Positions 1 to 19,322 are shown, numbered from the stretch's first letter. The stretch: DNA of 64,000 nucleotides from an uncultured Candidatus Altimarinota bacterium (GCA_963518665.1 CAUQKR010000002.1:27-64026); one strand, 5' to 3'. The notes: generated by a model from the sequence alone, not told the origin. Made by a program: numbers and translations.

Positions 1-68
1 AATATAGCTATTATCACTACTACTATTATAAGCTCTACCAAGGTAAATGCTTCTTTTCTCTTTTTCAT
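1..68 (-). CDS. type IV pilin-like protein, N-terminal fragment (gene continues past the left edge)
   Basis: ATG at 68-66. Translates MKKRKEAFTLVELIIVVVIIAI...: a short basic leader, then F-T-L-V-E and a hydrophobic helix, which is a prepilin (class III) signal. Confidence 0.75.
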   Translation of the reverse strand, partial: MKKRKEAFTLVELIIVVVIIAI

Positions 69-135
69 ATATTTTTTATAATTTTTAAAAAATAAAAAAC
101 AGTATCTTCAATGCACTAAAAAATTTTAGATACAT

Positions 136-223
136 CAAAAACAATGTCTTTACTTTTTAGACATTTTTCCCTATTTACGTAGCTTGTTTGTTTGTTGTTT
201 GTTTGTTAACATACTTTCTCCTT
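136..223 (-). promoter_or_regulatory. leader of the pilin gene: SD-preceded 13-codon mini-ORF followed by a terminator-like hairpin
   Basis: On the minus strand: AAGGAG (223-218), 5 nt, ATG (212-210), MLTNKQQTNKLRK, TAG (173-171). Then stem AATGTCT/AGACATT (143-149 pairs with 159-165) and a U-run. The mini-ORF overlaps an 11-bp direct repeat ttgtttgtttg x2 (184-205). Confidence 0.35.
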
Positions 224-333
224 ATCTTATAATAATATAATTATCTTTTTTTGCTAGATTTTGTCAAATATTTTTACCTATTTTACCTTGACTTATCTCA
301 AAAATTTATGTTATAATTAAAATTTTATTTGGC

Positions 334-373
334 AAAAAAACTTCTGAAAAAAATTTTTTTCAGAAGTTTTTTT
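334..373 (-). terminator. intrinsic terminator after rpoC (palindromic, could act in both directions)
   Basis: A7, cttctg, A/T loop, cagaag, T7, lying 10 nt downstream of the rpoC stop codon. Confidence 0.8.
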
Positions 374-382
374 ATTTTTTTA

Positions 383-4417
<4,035 letters not shown>

Positions 4418-4573
4418 TTTTTTATAATTTAGTAAATAATTTTTTTATTTAAAAATTGATTCTTTTGATTTTAAAAATTTTTTAAAAGAATTTTTTTTGA
4501 AAGAAGAAATTTTTTAAAATTTTTTTAATTTTTTTTCTTCTTTCATTTTTACATTATATTTTTTAGAGAAAAA

Positions 4574-8035
<3,462 letters not shown>

Positions 8036-8097
8036 ACAAATAAAAATTTTAAATAAGTAAAATAAATTCAAATATGAATTCAAAGAAGGAAAAGGAG

Positions 8098-8170
8098 CTA
8101 CACAATCATATTTATTCCTTATTTAAATACGCAAAAAACTAGCACAACCTTTCAGAACTACACAATCATA
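8098..8170 (-). repeat. 13-nt direct repeat (ctacacaatcata) x2 exactly 60 nt apart in the rpoB 5' leader
   Basis: Copies at 8098-8110 and 8158-8170. A related ctagcacaacc lies at 8139-8149. Confidence 0.6.
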
Positions 8171-8187
8171 GTTGTACTTAGGTCAGT

Positions 8188-8215
8188 ATTATATATATTT
8201 TCCTTTAAAATGCAA
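8188..8215 (-). promoter_or_regulatory. candidate sigma70-type promoter for rpoBC
   Basis: Minus strand TTGCAT (8215-8210), 16 nt, TATAAT (8193-8188). This would give a leader of roughly 150 nt. Confidence 0.4.
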
Positions 8216-8217
8216 GA

Positions 8218-8252
8218 AAAAAGATTTCTTTTTAAAAAAGAAATCTTTTTTT
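8218..8252 (-). terminator. intrinsic terminator after the large secreted protein gene
   Basis: A-run, agatttc, loop, gaaatct, T-run. Near-identical copy at 12134-12166. Confidence 0.8.
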
Positions 8253-8253
8253 A

Positions 8254-10884
8254 TTATTTAGAAAATCCTTTTGGTGGATTTGATTGGATTTTTGCATCAT
8301 ATTCAATTTTCACTGAATAATAATTATCTTTATCTTCACAATTTATCAAAGGTACTTTTCTAATAAAGTTTAAATCAAATTTTTGAGCTAATTCAAAATC
8401 ATTTGTAGTTTTCCCACCTGGTAGTTTATATTCTCATTCTACAACTGCTCATCAAATTGTATTTTTTGTAAAAACAGTTCATAAAATATCTAATTTATTA
8501 AACAACTTATCATCAGAATAAGGAATTCAATTTTTATCTGCACTTCTTATTGCTCAACTTGCAAAAATAGAAGCTTTTATTGTTTTTACATTATTAGAAA
8601 TATAAATATTTCAAGTTGTTTCATTTCCTAAAACATTGTAATTATCTTTTAAAACAATAATTCATAATTTTTTACCAGAAGTATTTAAATCATTTTCTAT
8701 AAACAAGTTTCAATTTTTTACAATAATTGTTTCAAAATTTAGATTATTACCAGAAATTGTTTCAGTTTTTCATTCTATATATTTGACTCCATTTAAAATT
8801 TCTCAAGATTTCATTCATCTTGTTAGATTTGAAGCATTTTTAGAAATATTTCAAATTAAATCTGCTCTAGATAAATCTGAAATATTTGATTTTTGTCCTG
8901 TTGCTACTGCATTTCATTGAGACTGAGTTCATCAAATAACTTTTACTCATAAAGTAGTAAATTCACAACCATCAAGTTTTGCTCCAGATAAATCATACCT
9001 TGCTTTTCAGTCAAATCAATTATGTTTTATATCATAAGAAATTTTTAATTTATTTTTTGGTATTTCTAAAATAACTTTTGATAAAGCCTCAACTGCTTTT
9101 TGTCATTTTTCTATATTAAATCTCAAACTAAACCCTAAATAAGACCTAAGTACATCAAGTGAGGCAAAAACAAATTTTTTCTCAAATTTATCAATTTTAT
9201 AAATTCAAGTACTTTCATCTTTTTTAATTAAAATATTACCTTGTGCCAACTCTAAATTACCATTTTTTATAGAAGTTCCATTTACAAAATAATCTATTAA
9301 ATTAAATTTATATTTTTGAAAATCTCACAATTTTGGTTTTCATGCCCAAGCTTTTGTTCCATCATCAATAGAAATTCAACTCAATTCTACTCAAGGTGTA
9401 AATTCTTTAGAGTTTGTACTTTCTCAATTAAAAATATAATCAATTTTTCTTCCATCTTTTTTTCATTTTGCATTCCATATATTTACTAAAATAAAAAATT
9501 TTTCTTTAAATAAAAGAGGATTAAAAGAATAAAGTTCTAAAGAATTATCAGTTAATTTATTTGGAATCTTTCAATTTATAAGTTTATCTTCTTTTGAAAA
9601 TCATTCTACATCTCTCAATTCTTCAAAAATTTTTCCAGAAATATTTTTATTCACCTCATTATCAAAAGAATCTTTTATTGTAAAATTATATCTAAAATTA
9701 TCAGCTAAATTTGCAACTGCTGAATTTTTTATTGGTTCATTTTTTAAAATAGTTTTTGCAGTCAAATTTAAATTTGGAACAATACAAATTTCTACACGTT
9801 TTGGTAATCAATCAGATTCTGGGGTTGTAACAGTAGAAATATTATTTTTATCTACATATCAAGCAACTCCTAAATAAAAACAATTATCTTTATCAGCATT
9901 TTTTAAAGATCTATTTGAATCTGGGAATCTTACATTGATTATATCTCCAGTTTTACCAAAAAATGCCACATTACAATTTGGATTATTTCTTTGATCTCAT
10001 GAAGGATATCAACAATAAGTATTACCAAATCTTCAAACTTTTTTAAAAGTAGAAACTTGAAAATCTTTCATTTCTATTGGAGCTCCATCAATACTTGCTG
10101 GAGTAGTTCATATCTTTAATTTTAAAGTATCAGTTGCATAACAATAATATTTTTCACCTTCTTGAATACAATTTGATTCTCCATTTATTCAATTTTTTTC
10201 ATTTACCACAGAAATAGAATTAATTTTCCCAGGATTAAAACCTTGCTTTAAAACTATATTTATATTAGGAATATTAAAATTTCTTGCTTTTAATGGTTCA
10301 CTTGGAGGTAATTTTGTGATAGTTTTTTTAGGATCTGTTGGATCTATAGTTGTAAATTCTCATACACATTCTGAAGGATCAGAATAATCAAAAGTTCAGA
10401 AATCAATATTTGTTGAAGCTCTTCCTAAAAAGGCTTGATTTAAATGATTTCTTCATTTAGCATCTGAAACTAAAAATAATGGTGTTGTAAGTTTTAATTT
10501 TATTCTATCTAAAGGTAATCTTCAAGCTTTTGTAGTAATATCCTTTCCATTTGCAGTAAAATCATACTCTTTTGTAATATAGCCACCTTTAAACTCACCA
10601 ACTCTTACATAATCAGAAAAAAATTTTTTAGCTGGTAAATTAAACTTTTTTCTCAAATATTGTTCTATTTCATTATTACTACTAATATAATTAAAATATG
10701 GGAAAATGTCATATCAACCTCAACTATGGCTAGTTCAACAAGCTTTATTATATAATGTATAATTAGCAAAAACTTGTACATCTACTCATGCTCAATAATA
10801 AATATTATTCACTCTATCCCAATTTGCACTAACTGTTGAAGAAAATAACATTGTAGCTAAAAATATAATAAATAATTTTTTCAT
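8254..10884 (-). CDS. large secreted Cys-rich surface protein (876 aa), paralog of 12169-15096
   Basis: ATG 10884, TAA 8256-8254, length divisible by 3. Signal peptide MKKLFIIFLATMLFSSTVSA. The ORF is open only with TGA as sense. The C-terminal ~250 aa align with the paralog (GNIYISNNV, VFTKNTIGGA, LPGGK, EYDAKIQSNPPKGFSK-stop). Confidence 0.85.
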
Positions 10885-10912
10885 AAAATATTTTTTATAA
10901 ATATAAAATTTT

Positions 10913-12019
10913 TTAATAAATATCTGAAACTATAGCAGTCCAAGTATTATTTTCTGGATCTATTTTTATTTCAGCTTCTTTTTCTATCCAAATATTTTTA
11001 TTTTTATCATATAACCAATAACCATTTTTTTCATTTCAGAAAAAATCACTTTGCATCAAAGCTATATCATCTGGTGATACTTTATAAGTTATTTCAATTT
11101 TATCTCAATTTTTTACTTGTAAAATGTCTCAATTATCAGATATAAAATCTGTAAAAGCCATTCCACCACTTTCTAAATTAACAATTTTTCATTCTTTTGT
11201 AATAGCTCTCATATTTAAAGAAATATTCTCATTAGAATTTACATCTTCTCATTTTATAAAATTTACCTTTGTAGTTACATTTCATTTGAAACATTTTCCT
11301 TCATTATCAACCAAAGAACAAGTTGGAATATTTATAGAAATAGTATCTGAGTCAATTTTTGTTCATTTATCAAGAGAAATTTTCTTTTCTAAATCAAGTT
11401 TTTTAAGTTTTAATTCTCATCCTAAAAAGCTACCTTCTCAATTAAATGAGTTTAAAACTAAAAATCCATCACCATACCCATCAGCTCTACTCATAATAGA
11501 AAATTTTTCTATTCATTTCGGCCAAACAAATGGTTTTTTAAATTCTCAATTCTCAAAATTTCAAAATTTTATTCAATTTAAATAAATTGATCATTTTTTT
11601 ATTTTCTCCCCAGTTTTAGAATCTAAAATTTCTAAATTTAAATCAAAATCTCTTTTTATTTCTACTGGAAGTTTTTCAGCTTCTTTCATAAAATCTTCAA
11701 ATTCTATTCATCAATCAACTCTTTTTGTTAAATCTGCTTTTTTTGTAGAATCGATATTTTCTAAAAATTTTTTTCAAGCTTTTAATAGTGAATTTTCTGG
11801 TTCAGTATTAGAAAAAGCTAATAAATCTATATCATCAGCAGAAATATTAAATCTATTTTCTGCTATTTTTTCTTTAGATGATTCAATAGTTACCCCGTCA
11901 TAAATAGTAACTTTTTCATCTAAAATTTTTGTTCAAGTTTCCTCTTTTTGTTCTTGATTTTTTTGCCAACAAGAAGTAAGAGTTAAAACAAGTAAAAATA
12001 CCAAAATATATTTTTTCAT
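10913..12019 (-). CDS. lipoprotein (368 aa), paralog of 15121-16227
   Basis: ATG 12019. MKKYILVFLLVLTLTSC lipobox. TAA 10915-10913. Exactly the same length as its paralog. The central beta-rich segment ...GSIYLNGIKFGNFENGEF...GYGDGFLVL resembles carboxypeptidase-regulatory-like folds (weak). Confidence 0.8.
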
Positions 12020-12133
12020 AGTTTTTATTTTTTATAAATTAAAAATAATATAATTATATTAAATCATAATTAAAAAAAAATTACAAGAAAAACAACTTGA
12101 CATTTTATTTATATATTTAAAAATATATAAATA

Positions 12134-12166
12134 AAAAAGATTTCTTTTTTCAAAGAAATCTTTTTT
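12134..12166 (-). terminator. intrinsic terminator, copy of the 8218-8252 element
   Basis: A-run, agatttc, loop, gaaatct, T-run, directly after the stop at 12169. Confidence 0.8.
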
Positions 12167-12168
12167 AT

Positions 12169-15096
12169 TTATCTTGAAAATCCTTTTGGTGGATTTGATT
12201 GAACTCTTGCATCATATTCAATAGTAAATGATGGGTTATCTAATACTTTTCCATTTTCACATTTTACTGGAACTTTTCTAGTATTATTTAAATCATAAAC
12301 TCTTGATACTTCATATTTTCAAATTTTTCCACCTGGAAGTTTATTTATAATTGAACCTCAAATTGTATTTTTTGTAAATAAACTTCATTTAAATTTTAAT
12401 GCTTTATTTAATTCATGGTCTTTATAAATAATTCCATTATTATCTGCACTTATAAATCAACCATCAGCATAAATTACAGCATTTATTTCAGTAACATCTT
12501 TATTTACAAAAATATTTCATTTTCCAGAAACTTTTGTTCCTTCAGAATTAATATTTTTAGTTACATCAAAATTATCATTTAAAACAACTATTCAATAAAG
12601 ATTTTTTGAATTTGTAGCTATATCTTTTGAAATATAAATATTTCAATTTCTAACTACAAGAGTTTCAAAATCTCTAAAATAATCATTTCAAGTTACATTT
12701 ACATCACCAACTACATATTTTACTCTGTTTACAACAGCTCCAGATTTTAATCATCTTACAAGATTATTTGCAAATTTTTTAATATCTCATTTTAAATCAA
12801 GTTTTGACATATCTGTAATATTTGCAGCAGAATCTGTAGTGTTTGCTATATCTCAAGTAGCTTGCCCTCCTCAAATAAGTTTTACTCAAAGAGTTTTTAC
12901 TGTACAAGAATCAGCAGTTCTAAATTCATCTAATTTATATTTTATATCTTTTCAATTCTTATGGTAAGAAACATCTAGTCATTTTACTGAAATACTTAAT
13001 CAATTTTTAGCTTTTGAAGAATTTTGTTCTCAATCGATTCACAAAGTAATTCTAAATATATATTCTAAGCCATTTTCTCAATTAAAATTAGTAATTAGTT
13101 TAATCGGTTTTGGTTTAACAACTTCAAATAATTTGAAAACTACTCATTGTGGTAAATTAAAAAATTTTTTAAAATCATCACTTGCTTTTCCTCAAAGGAT
13201 TCAGTTAACAATACTTCCTAAAGCTCATTTATCTTTTACAATAAATTTATATAATTGTTCTCTTCCTATTTCTGGTATAGCATCCCAAGTAGTTCAGTTA
13301 TCATTTGAGATTTCAATTGATTCAGCAGCTAAAGGTTTTTTGAAATTTAAATCTCAAAGATCAAGCATTATATATCATTTTGTAACATTTCAATTTCCAT
13401 TTTTACCATTTCCTGAAGCTCCAAACTCTAATCAGTTTTTGTATCTTCCTTTTCTTTCAGATAATTGATAATTATTTGCATGTTCTGGTATTTTTACCAT
13501 AACTTTTATATTTTTATAATTTTTTGGATGTAAACTTTTTACATTAAAAGCCAAAGTAGATTTTCCAAAACTTTTAGTATCTGAATATAATTTATCTGCA
13601 TCTTCTCAAATAAATTTAACTTCTATTCAAGAAGTATAAGGTATTTCTGGCTCTATTTTATTTTTATATTCATCTTTTATAATTTGATTAATACTATATG
13701 AATCATTTCCATTTGCATATCAACCTCATTTTTTCTGTAAATTTCATTCTTTTTGAACTGTATTTGTTGGAATAATATCAACCTTAACTGATGAAGTAGC
13801 TATTGATGATCAACCAGAAATATAAGAAAAAACTATCATACAGTTTTCACATAATTCTTTTGTAATATTTTCTTTAGGTTTTTTAGTATTCTTTAATTCT
13901 ACACTAAAATCTTTAAAATATCACTCTCATTGATTTGGTATTATAGTAACTCTTCAAGTTCAAATTGTAAAATCATCACTTCTTTTTATTGAAACCTCTA
14001 CTGCTTCAACTTTTAATTCTTTTTTTCAAAATGTACCTATTATTTCATATCTAAGTTTTGAAAAATCTATTTTTCCATCTTTTGCATTTATAAAATATTT
14101 TCCTTTTTCTCAATATTGTCAGTTTATAGTTAAATTATCTGTATTAAATCTTGGTTGTTGTTTAGATAATAAAGTAGCATCATCAAATTTAAATTGATTT
14201 TCCTCTTTTCAATCAGATGTTTCAAGTCATTTACAAGTTATATCTACTGGGTGAAGTTTTATATTTGTTGTAGTATAATTATGCTGAGTATAATCCCAAT
14301 TATATAAATCTGTACAATATCCAGATTGAGGAGCAGGAGCTATTTTAGGATCTGAACAATATCTATCCCATAAATTTTTACCATCTCTAGCTCTATACAA
14401 ATCTACTTGATTTGAGCTTTTAGCAGTTCCAGAATAATTTCTCTCAAAAACTTTATAAATTATTTCTACATTATTGTTTCATGAAAATCTATACTCTAAA
14501 ACATCTAAATTATATTTATTTTTTATTCAATTAGTTAAATTTTTTTCATCTCAAAAAACCAATACTTTATCTACATTATAACTTCATAGAGTATAATAAA
14601 CTCATTTTGATGTAAATCTAAATCTTATTTCATCACTATTTGAAATCTTTATATCACCTCAAAATCTTATAGTTATTCCTTTTTTATCTAGATTTTGAAC
14701 AATAATATTATTTCATTCTTTTTTTATATTTAATCAGCTTCCAATAATTTCAAAATTATAAATTTTTCTTCTTAATTCTTTCCACTCTCAGAATTGCTTA
14801 TTTTGACAAGAATCTAATTTAAATTTACTGCATCCAGGAATAGATAAATTTAAATTTTTTCAAACAGTAGTATGTTTAATGTCTCATATTTCAATAACAC
14901 CAGGTTTTTCAATATAATATTCTCTTTCATATCTATGATGACCTCATAAATTAAATTTTGCATCTAAAAGACAAGTATCAGAATTATATTCCCATTCAAA
15001 AACATTTGTTTGATCTACATTTGCTTTTACTATTCAAGTTAATCAAATACCAAATAATAATAAACTAACAACTAAAATTTTTTTTATTTTTTTCAT
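12169..15096 (-). CDS. large secreted Cys-rich surface protein (975 aa), paralog of 8254-10884
   Basis: ATG 15096, TAA 12171-12169. Signal peptide MKKIKKILVVSLLLFGIGLTGIVKA. C-terminus ...GNIYISKDI...LFTKNTIGGS..LPGGK...EYDARVQSNPPKGFSR-stop. Confidence 0.85.
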
Positions 15097-15120
15097 TTCT
15101 TTATATTAACAAAATAATTT

Positions 15121-16227
15121 TTATTTTTCATAAATAAATTCATAATTTCATTTTTCATCTAAAATCTTCATTTTAGATTCTTTCCAAACTCAATTATCTG
15201 TTAAAACCCAAAATGGAGGAATTCCATATTTATCAAGTTCTGTTTTTCATAAATAAACATTTTTTGGAACATTTTTTAAATCCATATTAATTGCCTTATG
15301 TTGATTTTGAATAATTCAACTTCAAGTAAATCATCATTTTAAATCAAGTTCTTCTCCTTTTTCATTATAAGCTTTTATATAAGGCATTCCAAAAGTTACC
15401 ATAGAAGTCCCTGTTAGAGAACCTTTTTCATCAAATACATCTAAATTAAAAGCATTTGCATCATTATTTGTTTCATCTAAATCAAAAAAATATAATTTTA
15501 CTTTTCAGTTATACTCTTTCCCATCTTTTGTTAAATAATTATTACCATTTGTTTTAAAAGTAAAATTTTCCGTTTTTTCATAAACTCTTTGAATTGAGTT
15601 TTGTTCTTTTTCTAAATCAGCTTTTACTAATTTTGGTAAAAAACTAATTTCATCTCAAGTATTTTTTAAATTTGCTTTAAAATGGAAATCTAAATAACCT
15701 TCTTTTGAATATTTTAATCTATGCGCAAAATTTGGTTCTAAAGAAATTCTTGAAGAATTTTTAACTTCTTTTCCTCAATCAATTGTTAATTTTACATTTT
15801 CTAAATATTTTCAATCTTGATCAACTGGGGAAAAAGATGCAACAACTAAATTTTTATTCTCACAAAATTTTGGATCATTTTCTTTTTCACATAACTCCTT
15901 TCTATTTTTTAAAGCATTTTCATAATCTCAAACAAAAGATTCTAAATAAGTTGCTTTTTGTTTATTTTCGATTTTTTTATCATTTTTTAGAGTTTCTATT
16001 TTTTCATAAAGATTTTGACTTCCTGTTTTTGTGTACATTTCATTTGAAATATCAAACATAGAAATAAATCTAAAATCTTTGGGTTCTTCTTCTTCTTTTT
16101 CTACAATTTGTTCTTGATTTATTCAAGTTTGTGTTGTAGAACTAGCAGTTTCCGGTTTAACTTCCTCTTTTTGTCAGCATGAAGTTAAAAAAGTAATCAT
16201 TAAAAGCACTAAAAAATATTTTTTCAT
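15121..16227 (-). CDS. lipoprotein (368 aa), paralog of 10913-12019
   Basis: ATG 16227. MKKYFLVLLMITFLTSC lipobox. TAA 15123-15121. Confidence 0.8.
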
Positions 16228-16329
16228 ATATTTTTATTATTAAATAATTAAAATACTCATTGTTATATTAAACCATTTTTATAAATATTTTTCAAGAAAA
16301 ACAGCTTGACAGACTCTGTAATTTATTTT

Positions 16330-16357
16330 TAATACTTTATTTTTAATACTTTATTTT
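16330..16357. repeat. 14-nt tandem repeat x2 (taatactttatttt) in divergent intergenic region
   Basis: Read directly from the sequence: 16330-16343 and 16344-16357. Confidence 0.7.
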
Positions 16358-16437
16358 ATTTAAAAAGCTCTACAAAAAGATTTTTTTTAGAAAAATTATT
16401 ATTTTTATTATTTTTTGCATAATTTTAAAAAATTTTT

Positions 16438-16506
16438 ATAATATGAAATATTATTTTTATAATATGAAATATTATTTTTATAATATGAAATATTATTTTT
16501 ATAATA
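16438..16506 (+). repeat. 21-bp tandem repeat x3.3 (ataatatgaaatattattttt) immediately upstream of mltG
   Basis: Identical units at 16438-16458, 16459-16479 and 16480-16500, plus a partial fourth. Each unit holds the inverted repeat ataatat-gaa-atattat, and each unit junction forms TATAAT. Confidence 0.9.
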
Positions 16507-16514
16507 AAATTTTT

Positions 16515-17570
16515 ATGAGTTTTGAAAGAAATAATTTACAAAATAAAAAAAGAAAATGAACTCCTTTGGTTGCAATTTTTCTTATAATTCTATTTTTTAC
16601 TATTATCCCAATAAAAATAAGATACAATAATTTTGTAGAAAATCCTGAAATTCCAGAAAATATACAAATCACAATAAAAAAATGAGATTCCTTAAATAAT
16701 CTTTGAGAAAAAATAAAAGAACTTGATAACAGTTTTTATAGAATTTATTTATCAAATAATACTCCAGATTTAGTTTTAAAAGAATGAATTTACGAAATCA
16801 AAAAAGGTTCAAGTATAAAAGAAATTTTTGAAAGTCTAAAAAAACCGATAAACACAAGCAGCAATTTTACTATTCTTGAAGGTCGGAATATCTATGAAAT
16901 AGATAAAGTTTTAACACAAAAATGACTTATTTCAAAATGAGAATATATTTCTTACGTAACTGACAAAACAAAAATTGATTCTTGGAAAAAATATTTTGAG
17001 TTTTTAAATATAGATAATCTAGAAAGTTTAGAATGATATTTATATCCAGATACTTACAGAATAGATACTAAAAATTTTAAAATAAATAATTTAGTTCAAA
17101 AACAACTTGAAGAGTTTGAAAATCAAGTTTACAACAAAATTTTTAAATGAAAATACAATAATGAAACAATTTACGATGTAATAAATTTGGCTTCAATTGT
17201 AGAAAAAGAAGAATCTCTTATAAAAGAAAATCAAGCAACTGTAGCTTGAATCCTAAAAAAAAGATTAAATGCAAATTGGCAAATTTGAGCTGATGCAACA
17301 GTTTGTTATGCTTATCAAATTCCAACTAGTGAATGTACTCAAAAAGTCGTAAACAAATATGTTTATGAAAAAAATGAATACAACACAAGAACAAAAACTT
17401 GACTTCCTAAAACTCCTATTGCAAATCCAAGTTATACAACTATTTATAATACTTTAAATGACAATAAAACTGAGTATTGGTATTATTTACATAATTTGAC
17501 AACTGGAAAAATTTATTATGCAAAAACAAACCAAGAGCACGAGTACAATAAAGCAAATTTTATGAGATAA
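16515..17570 (+). CDS. mltG: endolytic murein transglycosylase MltG/YceG family (351 aa)
   Basis: N-terminal TM segment, then ILEGRNIYEID, LEGYLYPDTY, ASIVEKEE, YNTRTKTGLPKTPIANPS. TAA 17568-17570. Confidence 0.9.
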
Positions 17571-17601
17571 AAAAATAGAAAAAAATTTTTTCTATTTTTT
17601 T
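17571..17601 (+). terminator. intrinsic terminator after mltG
   Basis: aaaaatagaaaaaa / ttttttctattttt palindrome. Confidence 0.75.
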
Positions 17602-17666
17602 ATTTTTTGCAAATTTTTAATTTTTTTATATAATTTAAAAAAATATTTTATAAAAATTTTAAAATT

Positions 17667-18843
<1,177 letters not shown>

Positions 18844-18845
<2 letters not shown>

Positions 18846-18872
18846 AAAGCACTTTTTAAAAAGTGCTTTTTT
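18844..18872. terminator. bidirectional intrinsic terminator (tgt and the convergent gene)
   Basis: aaaaagcac ttttt aaaaa gtgctttttt. Near-identical copy at 19382-19409. Confidence 0.8.
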
Positions 18873-18876
18873 CATC

Positions 18877-19322
18877 TTAATTTTTCAAAAAATCATAAGC
18901 TTTATAATTTAGTTTTTCAGCTTTTTTATAAAATTTTTCTAGAGTTTCAAAATCTTCTTCTTTTAGAGAATTTTCTTCAAAAAGATAAAAATATTTTTCA
19001 TCAAAATAAAAAGGTTCTTTTTTTAAAATTTCCAAAAATTTTTTGTATCAAGATAAATTTAAATTTTTTAATAAAAAAATTTCTCTAAATCTTTTGTGAT
19101 TTTTATTTCCAAAACTTCTTCAAAATAATTTCAATTTTTTAAATAATTTTCATAATTTTCTTTATAGAATTTTAGAAGTTCAGGAGAATTATTTTTACAA
19201 TAAAATTTTAAATATTCTTCCAAAGTCATTTTTTGAAGTCAAGTTTCTTTTTTCAAAAAAATCATCTTTTTCCAAATTCTCAAAACTGAAATCAAAAAAT
19301 CTTTTACAAGTTCTCTATTCAT
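18877..19322 (-). CDS. hypothetical protein, reading frame interrupted in a T7 run (two halves in different frames)
   Basis: The frame from ATG 19322 stops at 19070-19068. The remainder down to TAA 18879-18877 is open in the adjacent frame and has no start of its own. The switch point is the A7 run at 19073-19079. Confidence 0.45.

Noticed and set aside
288-317. TTGACT-18-TGtTATAAT promoter-like site on the + strand downstream of rpoC.
   Set aside because: It points straight into the rpoC terminator palindrome (334-373) and then antisense into rpoC. There is no + strand ORF. At most it would make a ~50-nt hairpin RNA, and there is no supporting evidence.
16438-16506. CRISPR array.
   Set aside because: The 21-bp units are directly adjacent with no spacers, there are only 3.3 copies, and no cas genes are present.
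16443-16514. N-terminal extension of MltG by (MKYYFYN)x3 from the in-frame repeat ATGs.
   Set aside because: It is possible in principle, since the frame is open. However, the repeat is a perfect AT-rich palindromic array typical of regulatory DNA, and ATG 16515 gives a normal MltG N-terminus with its TM helix. It is kept as a note under the repeat finding.
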